From: Hydrurus foetidus
Lineage: Eukaryota
DNA length: 20,000 bases
Assembly: GCA_900617105.1 (NCBI GenBank)
Contig: UYFQ01000562.1
Location: forward strand, 49,518 to 69,517
Direction: 5' to 3'
The notes below the pieces were generated by a model. It was not told the DNA's origin, made no database searches, and saw nothing but the letters and a program-made list of their open reading frames with translations. The translations under genes were made by a program, and so were the position numbers. Numbering within the stretch: position 1 is the first letter of the stretch; each line of letters opens with the position of its first letter. This document shows, in pieces, positions 1-11,337 of this stretch.

Positions 1-226
1 ACATATGGACTAGAAGAAAGATAAGGTACTTCGAGTAGAACACCCCCACCCACACAGGCACATACGTATGAACAGTCTGTTCTAGACGCACACATACTTA
101 CCGCACACACTTTCACAACCACCGATTCACTCATAAACAAAAAAACCGCATCTTATCCCCACATACGCGCATCACTTCAACACCCACACGAAGACACGTA
201 CACTCACACTAAGAGTGCGTACGTAC

Positions 227-3200
227 TTGTTTTCTCCGCCCCTTCTGCTCTCTTTCTCAAAGAATCCGCTTCAGCAGTGATGGCTGCTTCACCGCGCAAC
301 ATTCCTTCCAAATCGTCACTCCTGGCGACCAGTTCTTCTTCAAGCAGAAGGATCTTGGACCTGGATATGGTCAGATTCCGCTCATGTTCCAACATCTGCT
401 CATGTGCTAAATTAGCTGCTATTTCAGATTCTTTTTTCTGCGCTTCTAACGATGCAAGACATTCTTCGAGCTCTACTATTTTCAAAGACAATTCCTTGAT
501 TTCTGTACTGAGTTCTTCAGCACGGATATCAGTACGTACAGTATCAGCATCGTAAGTACCGGTTATTGAAAAGGTGGAGATTTTTTCTTCTAATTCTTGA
601 ATTTTTTCTTTTTGCATTTCTACTATTTCCCTCAAAGAACATTCTTCCGCACTTCCTCCTCCTTTGTTCCCTCCTGAGTACAAGTCAAATATTCCTTTTC
701 TGATTCCTTCCACTTGAAGTTCATAGTATGCTTTGAAGCCCAGAGAGAAAAATAATTCAGATGGTAACTTTGTGGCACTGGCATGAGAATTCCTGAATAC
801 AGAAAATAGGGTTAAAAACCGTGTCGATCAGATGCCGTGATTTCATTGGTTTCTTGGTTTGCATCCGTGATGGAGAAGAGCAGAGGGAAATGAAATAAGG
901 TAATCAGTATGACACCGTACGATGCGCGCTGTTCGCACAATTGATAAGTACACAGGAATAACTGTTCTGTCCTACATCGATATGTACGTGCGCATTGTAG
1001 AGCACAAAAGACGCACTCGCACTCGTAACTTCTACCAAATGATGACGGCAAAACATACCTCGAGGCGGTCAGCGGCCTGCGCAACATCTCCACAAATCTT
1101 GTCAATCCGATCCTCGAATCAACCATGCTGAGGAAAGAGCGCTGGGTAAGGTGGTTGGACTGATCCTCTTGAGCGCCCTCGGTCTGAGGGACATCTTTCA
1201 AGGCAGTGAAGCAGGAGCCAAGGAAGAAGCAAGCGGCCACCTGTGTCATATGGACGGTACGATGTACCAGGATATTACGTGACATAGAAACAGAGACAAA
1301 TCGCTGCATCATTCGCAATAATACACCACACAAATTATTCCACAGCTACTAAATTCGAGATGTTATCACCCACACTTTTGGCACTATCGATGAAAACATA
1401 ATGTCAGAGATGTACGTACTGTGTCTGCAGAGTGTGCGTGTTGTGCGTACGTACCTGTACAGTGACGGGCACTCCCGCTGACTCGCTCATGGTGGTGGCG
1501 AGGTCCACCACGAAGAAGTTAGAGGGGTCCTCTAGCAGCTGAGAGGGCGAGGATTGAAACGGATGGATTGTAGAAGTAAGAGGGATTAAAGCGTGCAGAA
1601 ATGAAAAAAAAATGAGGGGGGAAAGGTGAAAAGGGATAGGGGTAGAGGCGAGAGAATGGAGATGTGCGAAATAGTGCATCAGTATGAGAGTCCAAAAAAA
1701 TGGTAACATCAGAAATTATCACAACTATTCCGATTGGATGGGTGATTCTTGCTCAATGTGCGCTATCGGACATACGATTCATAACAAACAATACCTGTCT
1801 GGCCGCCACGTCACACCCCCCCACTATGGTGCTCAATAGTCTCAGCAGACTCACTAGCAACACGTGACCCGCTCCAGGGATACGAGCAGCCTTACCAGCA
1901 GTGGCGAGCAGAAACGGCAAAAGAGGCTGAGATCCGTTCTGAGGCACAGCTTTGCCTAGAATCACGGATATTAGGGAATACCGGTGAAGTCAAAGATGCT
2001 GTCTAAGTGGATGTTTTTACGTCTGCTGTGAGGCACACTGCTTACCTGATAAACCTGTGTGTGCTGTACTAATGACCGTGCTCAATTCTCTAGCAAGCTG
2101 CCCCCCACCCAAGAACAGAAGAGTAAGAACATTCGCACTACGCTCCACAACACTCACGTCAACATTCACCGCATTCGCCACATTACCCCCTAAAAACCGG
2201 CCGGACCCATCCAAAAGGGTGGTGAGTAAAATGGCCCCTAAAGGTCTGATCGTTTCTAATGCGGCTGCTTCCCCTCTTGCAAGGTCTTCGTCTCTAGCGG
2301 ATGGAGGGGGCGGTGCGAGTATGTACTGTATCAACATGTCGCATGTCGTTGGGTCAGCGCGGAGTAGAGTCTCCAGCACATGGAGACATTGGAGGGACAG
2401 GCCGTCTTTAACCGTAATAGCCCGCACCACCCCGCCATCACTTTGCATTGCAGAAGGAGCAGTCCATGCCGTACTGGTGAATATGTATCGCTCTGACAGC
2501 AGAGCAGGCACCGTGATGAACCTTCTGTCGTCAGTGGGTAGCGGTCTCCATCCGAAGTATATAGCCGGCACCTCCCCCCCCAAAGGATAGGACCTCCCAC
2601 TGATTGAGGGGCTGACCTCCACCATGATGTCCGCCACATGGGCAGCTACCTCAGAATTGCTCTCCACCACTCTAGCCAACAGTTGCAGCGCAGCTTCTAG
2701 CAACTCATCCGGTCCTTTCCGCGCTACCCAAAATGCTGCTGACGAAACTGCTCCTGTCTGACAGGCCACTACCTTCTGATGCTTCGCATTCACAACTTCA
2801 AGTGCGCCTGCTATTGCTTTTAGTGCCAGTGTTGCACAGCCCACGCGCACAGGATTCTCAAACCAAGCTCCCTCCTCGAAGTCTTCACTGTTCTGATTTA
2901 GAGAGTTATCGACTTTTACATTTTCCACTTGTAATGGATCAAAGAATTGATGCAAATTAAGAACCCACTCTTTCCCCATTCCGAAGAAAAATCTTTGACA
3001 TATTTCACTGCCGGATAAAATATTGCTGCAAATCCGTAAACAATCTTGGACGACTATTCCGGAATCTGCACAGCCCCCTTCACTTCTAATGATCCCAAAT
3101 AGTATCTCGAAGCCCTGTTGAGATTATCAGAATAAATTATTGCCAACAGGGCGAATTTAGACAGGATTTGTAGAGAACTCTTGCAAGTTTTTACAGCGTC

Positions 3201-3929
3201 TGGAGCACTTCATTTTTATTTTTGCCAATTGTGAGGTCACAATACAGTATCGCGGAATGCATATATCATAATGAACTCACTTCATTAAAGACGACTGTCT
3301 TCTTCATCTCTTCATTAAGTACTGTCAATTGCTGCACTAGAACTATCGCTTGGTTGCTAACTTCCTCCCTATTTCTGTCAGGTAGTCGTTGGAGCAGTTT
3401 ATTCATCCCTAAAACATATTTAAGATCATACGTAAATGTCGATGCTAACAACAATTGAACGAGAAAAATAAAAAATGGCGGAAATCCCGAGAGAGTTACA
3501 AAACATTGACGAACCATCGGGGCAGTCTTGAATGCAAGATTCAAGCTTTAGAGGTGCGATCGCATGTACTTCTGTGAGAAGCTGACTCGCCATTACGCCG
3601 ACAGTCAAATCCTCATGCTCCAAGAGATCGAGAAGCAATTCAACATTACCATTATTGGAGAGAATAATTTCAGTGTTTGCTGAAGCAGCAACACGATCTC
3701 TAACTTTTATCAGTCTATCGATAAGATCCAGAGACTCCTGATATTCCTCAGCACTACCCTGTTCTTTCAAGAAATCCAATACTTTCTGCAACGCAATTTC
3801 CCCAACAAGAGAAGCTTCTGTCCGAGAGAGAGTTTGAAGTTCCACAATGACATCAATTCTCTCTGAAGCTGTCGCGTTCTCGAGACGGTTTCTTAATTGC
3901 TTTACTTTAACGACTGCAGGTTGAGACAT
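227..3929 (-). CDS. USO1: USO1/p115-like ER-Golgi vesicle tethering protein, 7 exons in window, 3' end probably outside the window
   Basis: Phase-consistent GT-AG exons 3929-3515, 3408-3281, 3114-2046, 1955-1795, 1538-1455, 1240-1059 and 792-227 give ~868 codons. The spliced protein contains p115 head motifs: LLDLLEHEDLTV...QLLT, CPDGMNKLLQRL...REEVSNQAIVLVQQLT..NEEMKKTVVFNEGFEILFGIIRSEGG..SGIVVQDCL. The last exon encodes an E/K/L-rich coiled coil. A donor GTACGT at 226 suggests more exons; otherwise the frame stops at 204. Confidence 0.88.
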
Positions 3930-4840
3930 TGTTTGAAATAGCGCGAAAAAATTGCAGGTGGTGAATCAGCAGCTTGCAGATTTGGGCTACTTCATTTTCG
4001 ACGGTAGCTCTTCAACGAAACTTTGGATGCCTGAGCCGGTGTGATCGGTGACGTGAAACAGATCGAGAATCGAGATGCAAAAGTCTTCGACTCAAAAAAT
4101 TTCGAAGTCGTTGATATGGGCCAGATCTGGGATCTGGGACTCGGACTTTTAAAAAACCCAGACCTCAGAATCCCAGAATCCCAGATTTAGGGCTCGATTC
4201 CAATTTTGGAAAATTTGGATTGATGTGGTGTGTGGTGGGATCCTGCTTAGGAGATCCAGAGATAAGCTGATATCTTGCTTTAAATTGCCTGCAATCGCTG
4301 GCCTAACTACAATAAATTTACTGTCTGTTCCTTCTGCTCTGTATCACTTGAGAGAGGGGAGTTACAGCTTCATTCGATCCAGTTGAATCATTTACTTAGT
4401 AGGTAAATGAATGAACAGACTTCGAGAAGAAATGTTCTTTTTAAAAAAATAGATCGGCACAAATTTCGAGAATATGGGAATTCACAATATTCTTGAAGAA
4501 CTTTTGTGTATTGTCATCGAGTGAGATAAGAGATATGGTTAAAATGGCAGCGATGGGTATTGTCAGGCTGTCGGTGCCTCTCGTCGTCCACTAAATGCTT
4601 TGACACGACACTGAATATAACACTGCACCACATAGACTGACACGAAGTAGTCATCTCACATCACACCTAGTGATGCAATGTGAGGTGCAGTGAATTGCGA
4701 CATCGCATACCAAATGACTTCACTCTGAAATACGTGTAGAACGTTTCATTTCTTCCCTGGGCGTGATAAAATAGTGGTCGTGATGATAATCATGCTATTC
4801 GATTTATGATACAACTCAAAATTGGTGCAAAAACAGCGCG

Positions 4841-7294
4841 CTAATCTTCTCTGAAATCCTCATCAACTTCAACTTCAACTTCAAGATCTTCATCTTCGTC
4901 CTCTGATTCTACTGAATCCTCTTCATCATCATTATCAATCGACTCATCGTCTCCCTCTTCTGCATTTCCCTCTTCTCCTTCCTCTTCTTCATTTCCCTCT
5001 TCTCCTTCCTCCTCTTCATTTCCCTCTTCTCCTTCCTCTTCTTCATTTCCCTCTTCTGCTTCCTCTTCTGCATTTCCCTCTTCTCCTTCATCTTCTTCTG
5101 CATTTCCCTCATTCTCTTCCTCTTCACTATCCGCCTGAAGATCATCCTCCTCCTCATCGATCTCATCAGAGCCTTCTACTTGAACACTGTCCGCCTCAAG
5201 ATCGTCTTCATTGCTCCGATCCATTTCATCCACATCCCCACTCTCACCCTCTAACACTACCTCTACCTCTACATCTCCACTCCCAAGCAGCTTCTGCAAC
5301 GCCAGCATAATCGTGCTGATGACGTCATCTAGCCATTTGTTCTGTTTTGATTGGGGTAATATGGGGCCCGGGCCGAGGGGCTTTGGCTGGGGTAAAATGG
5401 GTCTAGATTGATCCTTCCCAGTGAACCAGTTGGCACTCTCTATTGCAATGACCTGAAGGTGTGAAATGGTAGCAACAACGATGACAGTAACGCCTTGTTC
5501 TCTTAGAATATGTGGCATGGAAACATACAAAACAATGGCGTAAATACGTTAAAGCAGCAAATTTAACCGGTTTCGTTTCACTAAACGATTCCAGAGTAAA
5601 AATTGCACAGGTGTTACTGATGGGCTTACTTGTTGAGGAGCCGGTAACAGCGGCATAAGGAACTCGATATGCGGTATAACTGGTAAAACCAAATACTGTA
5701 TAATCTGGATTTGATAGGAATGTCGGGCAATGTGAGTGTTAGGGTTGAGAGTCTTAGGGTTGAGAGTGTTAGGATTAAGAATGTTAGAACAGGTGACTAG
5801 AAGTGGAAGTGTCACGGCAAATATATGGTAGTGTTGAATAATCGTATACAAAACGTTGTTCAGTAAGGAAGTGTTCATTGAAATTCAAGATTGTGGTTAA
5901 ACATAAAACGAGACAGTGGATCTTCGACCGCAGATTAAATACCTTATGAAGGAGACGAAGCTGACGCAACTTCGAAAGCCACAAAAATGGAACTAGCAGC
6001 AATAGGAATTGAGTGGCAGCTACTGATGTCGTGCCGTAAAAAGCGAAAATCTGTCATGAAAACGAACAGCACGGAATGCAATACAGTTGAATACAAGAAG
6101 AGGTGGTGGAACAAGAGGCGAAAGGATTAAGAGATAATTGAAATTAGCATGGAATTTGTGGCAGAAATCGCCGTGCCTTTAGAGAGTTCTGTTCGACTCA
6201 CTCGAGTCTAGTTCAGCTTTGGTATGGTAGATCGTATCGGATAAGGAGAAAGTAATCCGAACCGATTCCTCGGAAGATCAGACAGCTTTAACAATTGGAA
6301 AGCATTACTCACACAAATAACATAATGATAGAAGACACAACTCTTCGATTCAAACCAGTTGGACTTCAGTATTAATAATTTGGACAGTTTGACTTACCCC
6401 CAAGAGGACAGAGTAGTACAGGAAGCTTCTAATCCCGCGCATATTCAGATCGAACTCTTTCGCTAGAGCAGCAGTGAGAGGCGTGGTTTCCTTTCGTTTG
6501 CCTCGCCAGGCAGCAGTGTCGTCTGTGTGAGTCTCTGGCTCTCTCTCCCTTTCAAGCGCTTCCGCGATATCTTCTGAGTATGTCTCGTAGAGGGTTCTAT
6601 TCACGGAATCAAACATGTCCCGATACAGTCCAGATTCAAGATGCACAGGAGCGCTGGTAGTCTCATTTGCTTCCTTTTCCGGAACATCATTGTACGATGC
6701 CATCATTTTTGCCCCTAAATATGACTGCTGAACTATCAATGCTGCATGCGCCTCTAGGGCCTGAGATATCGACAACGTTTTATTATACACACTGGTTCCC
6801 GAAAGCATGTCCAGAAGAATGGGTGTTGGGGTAGTGATTGTTATATTTCCGACTAATTCCTCATCACTTAATGCTCTAGCTCCTAGGAAAAGTCGTTGCA
6901 GCCCTGTTGGCGGACATCCGGGAAATTTCTTCTCTATCAGTGACTTCAATTCTGCAATTGTTGAGTTCCTAGAGATCGTAAGCCTTTTCTTTTTATCAAG
7001 AAATACAGAACCGACAGAGGTCGAAACAAGAATGGCACAGTTTTCTACTGGTGCTGCCGCCTCATTGGAGTTCACCCCAGAAGTAGCTGCATCTGAACCA
7101 CCTCTCACCCGCATAATCTTACCAAAATGCGGCCTTTTGACTGATGGTTTCCTCTCCAAGCATTTAAAATCAACAGCCTTCGCTTTGTTAGTGATATGAG
7201 ATAACTGGACTACCTTTCCATGAGAATTCCTCAACTGGCAGCACAATATGATAAATAGCAGGAAAGCACGATATGCACCACCATCGACTTTCAT
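4841..7294 (-). CDS. Signal-peptide, ubiquitin-like-domain membrane protein with acidic C-terminal tail (HERP/Usa1-like architecture), 4 exons, ~563 aa
   Basis: ATG at 7294. Exons 7294-6398, 6050-5943, 5704-5630 and 5452-4841 are all phase 0 (donors GTAAGT, GTATTT, GTAAGC; CAG acceptors). N-terminus MKVDGGAYRAFLLFIILCCQLRNSHG is signal-like. UBL-like segment: LTISRNSTIAELKSLIEKKFPGCPPTGLQRLFLGARALSDEELV. Two hydrophobic stretches, FLYYSVLLGIFAFYG and AATQFLLLLVPFLWL, then a D/E-rich tail. The gene model is well supported; the function is inferred. Confidence 0.72.
4950..5120 (-). repeat. Coding 27-bp minisatellite (~6 imperfect units) encoding EEEEGEEGN-like repeats
   Basis: The plus-strand unit CATTTCCCTCTTCTCCTTCCTCTTCTT recurs with variants and translates on the minus strand to NEEEEGEEG / NAEEEAEEG. 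Confidence 0.85.
5732..5791. repeat. Intronic 15-bp tandem repeat (3-4 units) containing TTAGGGTT
   Basis: Units gtgagtgttagggtt, gagagtcttagggtt, gagagtgttaggatt and a degenerate aagaatgttagaaca lie in intron 2 (5942-5705) of the UBL gene. Confidence 0.8.
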
Positions 7295-8052
7295 GACTAG
7301 GAAAAATTCGCTGTTGACCAAACGCTAAGTTTTCTTCAGGTTCATCGATTAGAACAACGAAATGCCACGCTGGCAGTATCTGTCTCATAAATAACTGGTC
7401 TTTGCGTGTCATGTGTCAATCGATGTGATGGGTAAGCTTTGCTATGAGATGGGATCCACTGCACTAAAAATGGTAAATTCAGTACCTAATGTAGGTCACA
7501 TAATAATATGTATCATGACTGTGCACGGTCTTGGAAAAACACTATTTTCAATGAAGAGAAATCAAACCCCTCAGTTTTAAAGAGTTGCATCGAAGTAGTC
7601 ATAGTTATTTAGAAAATAAATAAATAGATTGCCGCAAAATTTGAATAGAGGAACGAAACTTTCTGATGACATATCACCGAAATAAAGTCAGAGAATTCCG
7701 TTGATGTAAAGAGGTTTTGAGATGATATGGTGCAATCAATCATAATGTGACTGGTAAGATTAACTTGCGAATAAAAGTAAGAAATAATCTGCGAGGGCAT
7801 TATAGTGAGCGGCTTCACAAGGCTGTGGCATACAGACTGTAAACCAAAGTACGTGTAATTAATGGTCTCCTACAGAAACGTACCGGTACATGCTGTGGGT
7901 GCGGCAGCATGTCGTACTCGATACAGTTGAGTAAAATAAAGTCTTCCGACAGTAATCATAACATGTTCAGAACAGAAAAGTAAAATTGAAGATTTCGAAA
8001 TAAAAATGTGACACCAGTACTTCGGTGTTGCATACTAGGGTGGTATAGGAGT

Positions 8053-11000
8053 TTAGATCGCAAGGGGATTCATACATTTGCTGTGATCGGTCTCCTTGTA
8101 CACCGATGTCTCGGAGAAGGAAAGTGGACCTTTCCGAATACTAGGTCGAGGGCGATTCTCGATATTCGTGGATATAATAGGAATGGGCGGAGGAGAGAAT
8201 GTTCTTTGTTCTCCGTTACTGCGGGAAGCGCTGTTCAAGATGCGGGAACACACGGTGTTCGCGATGATGAGCAGCATGGTTACTGCGCACACGCCGGCCA
8301 GCACGGCTGTGGCAACGATTATGCTGATGCTAGTGCCTGGTATCAGACAAAAACAGACATTGAGATGGATTGACATGGCTGTGCAGCTTCACATCATACA
8401 TATCATACGACGCCACGACACTCAATGTGAGAGAGACATGGCACAGACGAGTTTTATCCAGATAAATATAATCAATTCACCTCACTTCCTTCCTTACCTT
8501 TTCTAGCACGAGATTTTGATGATGAAGCAATTTCAGCCGGAGTTACATCTCGCGCGGTAAGTTGAGATACCTTAGTTACGGCCAAACCTGTCTGCAGTTT
8601 AAATGCCGCTAGGAACAGCCCGGAGCCCACAGATATTACCAATTTATCGATTACAGCTTGCGGCTGAAAACCGCTGAAAGTGAAGAATCTGAATTTCAAA
8701 CTAGAAGTTACTGCTTCAACCTCTTCGTCAGTGATTTCGAAGGATGTGACCACTGCTGGCAAGTTGATAGCTGTCGATATGCTGTTGGAAAGATAGTCAG
8801 AGAAGGTGTCCTGAACTACCCCGCTGAGAAATGCGCCAGTGAAAATCTACGGCATTCAATCGTTGTCCAGTAGTCAGTATGAGGTAAAAAGGGGTGAAGG
8901 GATATAGTGTGAAGAGAGATGGCCTAATTTGTATTTGGATTCAATGTAGAGATCGTGCGAAAGATGAAAGAAATTCAGCTGCAACGAAGGGAAAACAGAA
9001 GCAAACGTTCCTCGAGAGAAGACATCAATTCCAACAATAAAGAATGTTGATTCGGACAAATAGGAAAGTGGACGGGTAGGTGATGCGATGAGATGCGATA
9101 CTGAGGATCAGAAACATGTAACGACAAATATTAAAAATTTCTACTCAGATTCTGCGGTAACAAAATGTTACCGCTATGAATATGGCAAATAATTCAAGAG
9201 AAAATAGGAACCGCTACTGAAAGTTGTTTCATTCTAATAGGAAAGCATTTTGAGAACAAGAGCACAGCAGTGTAATGCACTGTTAGCTATTATGCAGTGT
9301 ACCTGAGAGACTTCAATGACAGAGTAGATAGCAGCGCTGGGTGCGAAGGTAGATATCGTAGAGGGCGCTTTGTCTTCCTCCCTCAGAGGCACATATGTCG
9401 GCCAGTGTAGTGCGGTGCTGGCACCACCTATTGTCAAGAACAGAGCTACTAGCTTCTGATAGTCCGCAGATCCCAGACCTGATGCAGGGTCCCACCCTGG
9501 GGTCGCTGAGAAGCCCTGGGGACAACACACACCATTGGCAGCACAGTGGTTGTCTCCCAATGTGATGTCATTCGTGAATCTGGTGTGGTTCATGTATAGC
9601 AGGGGATTGATCCACCCTACGGACCCCAGACCCTTCTCAGACCGGGCCGCATTGATGTTGGATATCATGCCGGCAAACACAGGAGCTGCAGCTGACGTGC
9701 CGGATAGAATGTATATGACTCCACCCAACACTACAGCGTGCTTGCAACCAGCAATGGACACATCGGGGTAGCCTCTTCCGTTCTCATGGAATCCTGATAA
9801 AGGAGATTGCGAGGCTGCAGCTGTGGCTGCGAAATATCCGGATATCGCAGTGTTCTGCCACATGGGCCGTGAGTAGTAAGAAGAGAACCCCCCTCCAGAC
9901 GTGAAGGACTGACCCTTGTTGGACTGAGCGACACGCTCTGTAGTGCCTGTTTCTACACCCTAAGTGCATGTAAAGAGATGGCGATGTCGAGTTATCCACT
10001 ACGAAGTAAGGGAATACCGGTCAAAGCAGAAATCGAAATGTCGCTGCCTAGATGACGCATATACACTACACCCTTACCGATGATGCCCCGACTGAGACGA
10101 CATACGGACTCGATGCTGGAAACATGGCAACATAGCCGCACTTAGAGTAGCCGAAGTCTCTGACACTGTCACTGACGGCTCCATCATCCCCTGATGCTGC
10201 AACAAGAGTTACCCCCATCACACCCAACTTGATGGCCTCCGTGTCGAATGCTATGAGCTCAGATTGTGTCATGCTATCTTCATGAGCTGCGTAGCTGATG
10301 CTCAGCACTAGTGGGGGAGAAGGCGCTGCTGCCACATCCATCAGCCATTCGGAGAAGCTCTGATCGCTATACCAGAATGTCATCGGTGATCCTGGTGACG
10401 TGGCCATCATGTACTGTACATCAAGATTGCCTTCGGCACAATTCAAGGGATTCTCGACACACCTTGTGTCGCTTGAGTAGTTACCAATGTTTCTGGTCAC
10501 CTCTTGAATGGGTAGCCCAAAAGCTGTCTGAAAAATTTTCAAATCCTGCGGACTGAAGTATTGACCGAGTGCCGAGTAGACACCTTGCGTGGATTTTGAA
10601 TTCCCCTTGCTAGCACCGACATTGTAATATGAGTTAATTTTTGCTGGGGTTGTAAATCCCTTAAAAGGGTCGAACTGGTCGCTAGCTTCTGCTTTTACAT
10701 TCTTAACAATTTCGGGTGCGCGAAATTTACTAGTTAAGTGATATGGCACTTGCACAGTATTGAGAACACTTTCTAAATGACGGTCTAGCTCAAGTGGGAC
10801 TGAATAGTTGTGGGCCCTGACTAGCTCGTTGAAGTTACCGTCTTTCTGCGTTTGAGTAAATCTGAAGAACTTTGTGTTGAAGATATTTTCCCACAGAGAT
10901 ATTGGGGCGGTGGCTTTCACGTAATCCCCGAAAGCTGCCTTATGAGAAACGATAGCGCCTTTACTTATTAGATACGAGGTAACGGCATCACAAGAATCTG

Positions 11001-11337
11001 GATTTGTCGTAATCTGATGGACTTTCTCTTTTGTGAGATATTGCCCGTAGTTTGAGCTGAGTGGATTTGACACATCGTGGAGTATTTTAGTTAACTCATC
11101 GATGCTTCTTTGTCGTATAACGAAGATGACCTCATGACTCTCATCCTGTTGAATAGCGCTACGCTGCACGAGATCATTCCGGGATGATAGTAGTGGGATA
11201 CACTCTTTGAAAACGTGCGTTATGACTATGACTGTATGTTGCTGTCCCAAGAGAATAGATCTCAGATTCTGTTCGCTTAAACTTGTCGAAGTGAGACTGG
11301 AAAGAAGGAGGAAGACCATAGAAAGAGCTGACATCAT
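8053..11337 (-). CDS. Sedolisin-family (peptidase S53, tripeptidyl-peptidase I-like) protease with prodomain and C-terminal TM anchor, 4 exons, ~849 aa
   Basis: Phase-consistent exons 11337-10078, 9959-9303, 8846-8498 and 8336-8053. Signal peptide MMSALSMVFLLLSSLTS; prodomain DVSNPLSSNYGQYLT. Catalytic motifs: EGNLDVQY (Glu/Asp), SISY, AASGDDG (oxyanion Asp), FPASSPYVVSVG, SGGGFS, GRGYPDVS, SGTSAAAP (Ser) and GWDPASGLG (Ca site). Late hydrophobic helix ISIIVATAVLAGVCAVTMLLIIA. The protease core is near certain; joining exons 3-4 is somewhat less so. Confidence 0.9.

Noticed and set aside
4950..5791. Tandem repeats as a CRISPR-like array
   Set aside because: There are no unique spacers and no cas genes, and the context is eukaryotic exon/intron.
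7400..8050. Intergenic ORF 7609-7818 or an ncRNA between the protease and UBL genes
   Set aside because: AT-rich sequence, non-ATG start, and no recognisable motif or structure.
227..11337. Three co-oriented endomembrane-related genes as a functional cluster
   Set aside because: No shared pathway or regulatory motif is visible, and co-orientation of three genes is common by chance.
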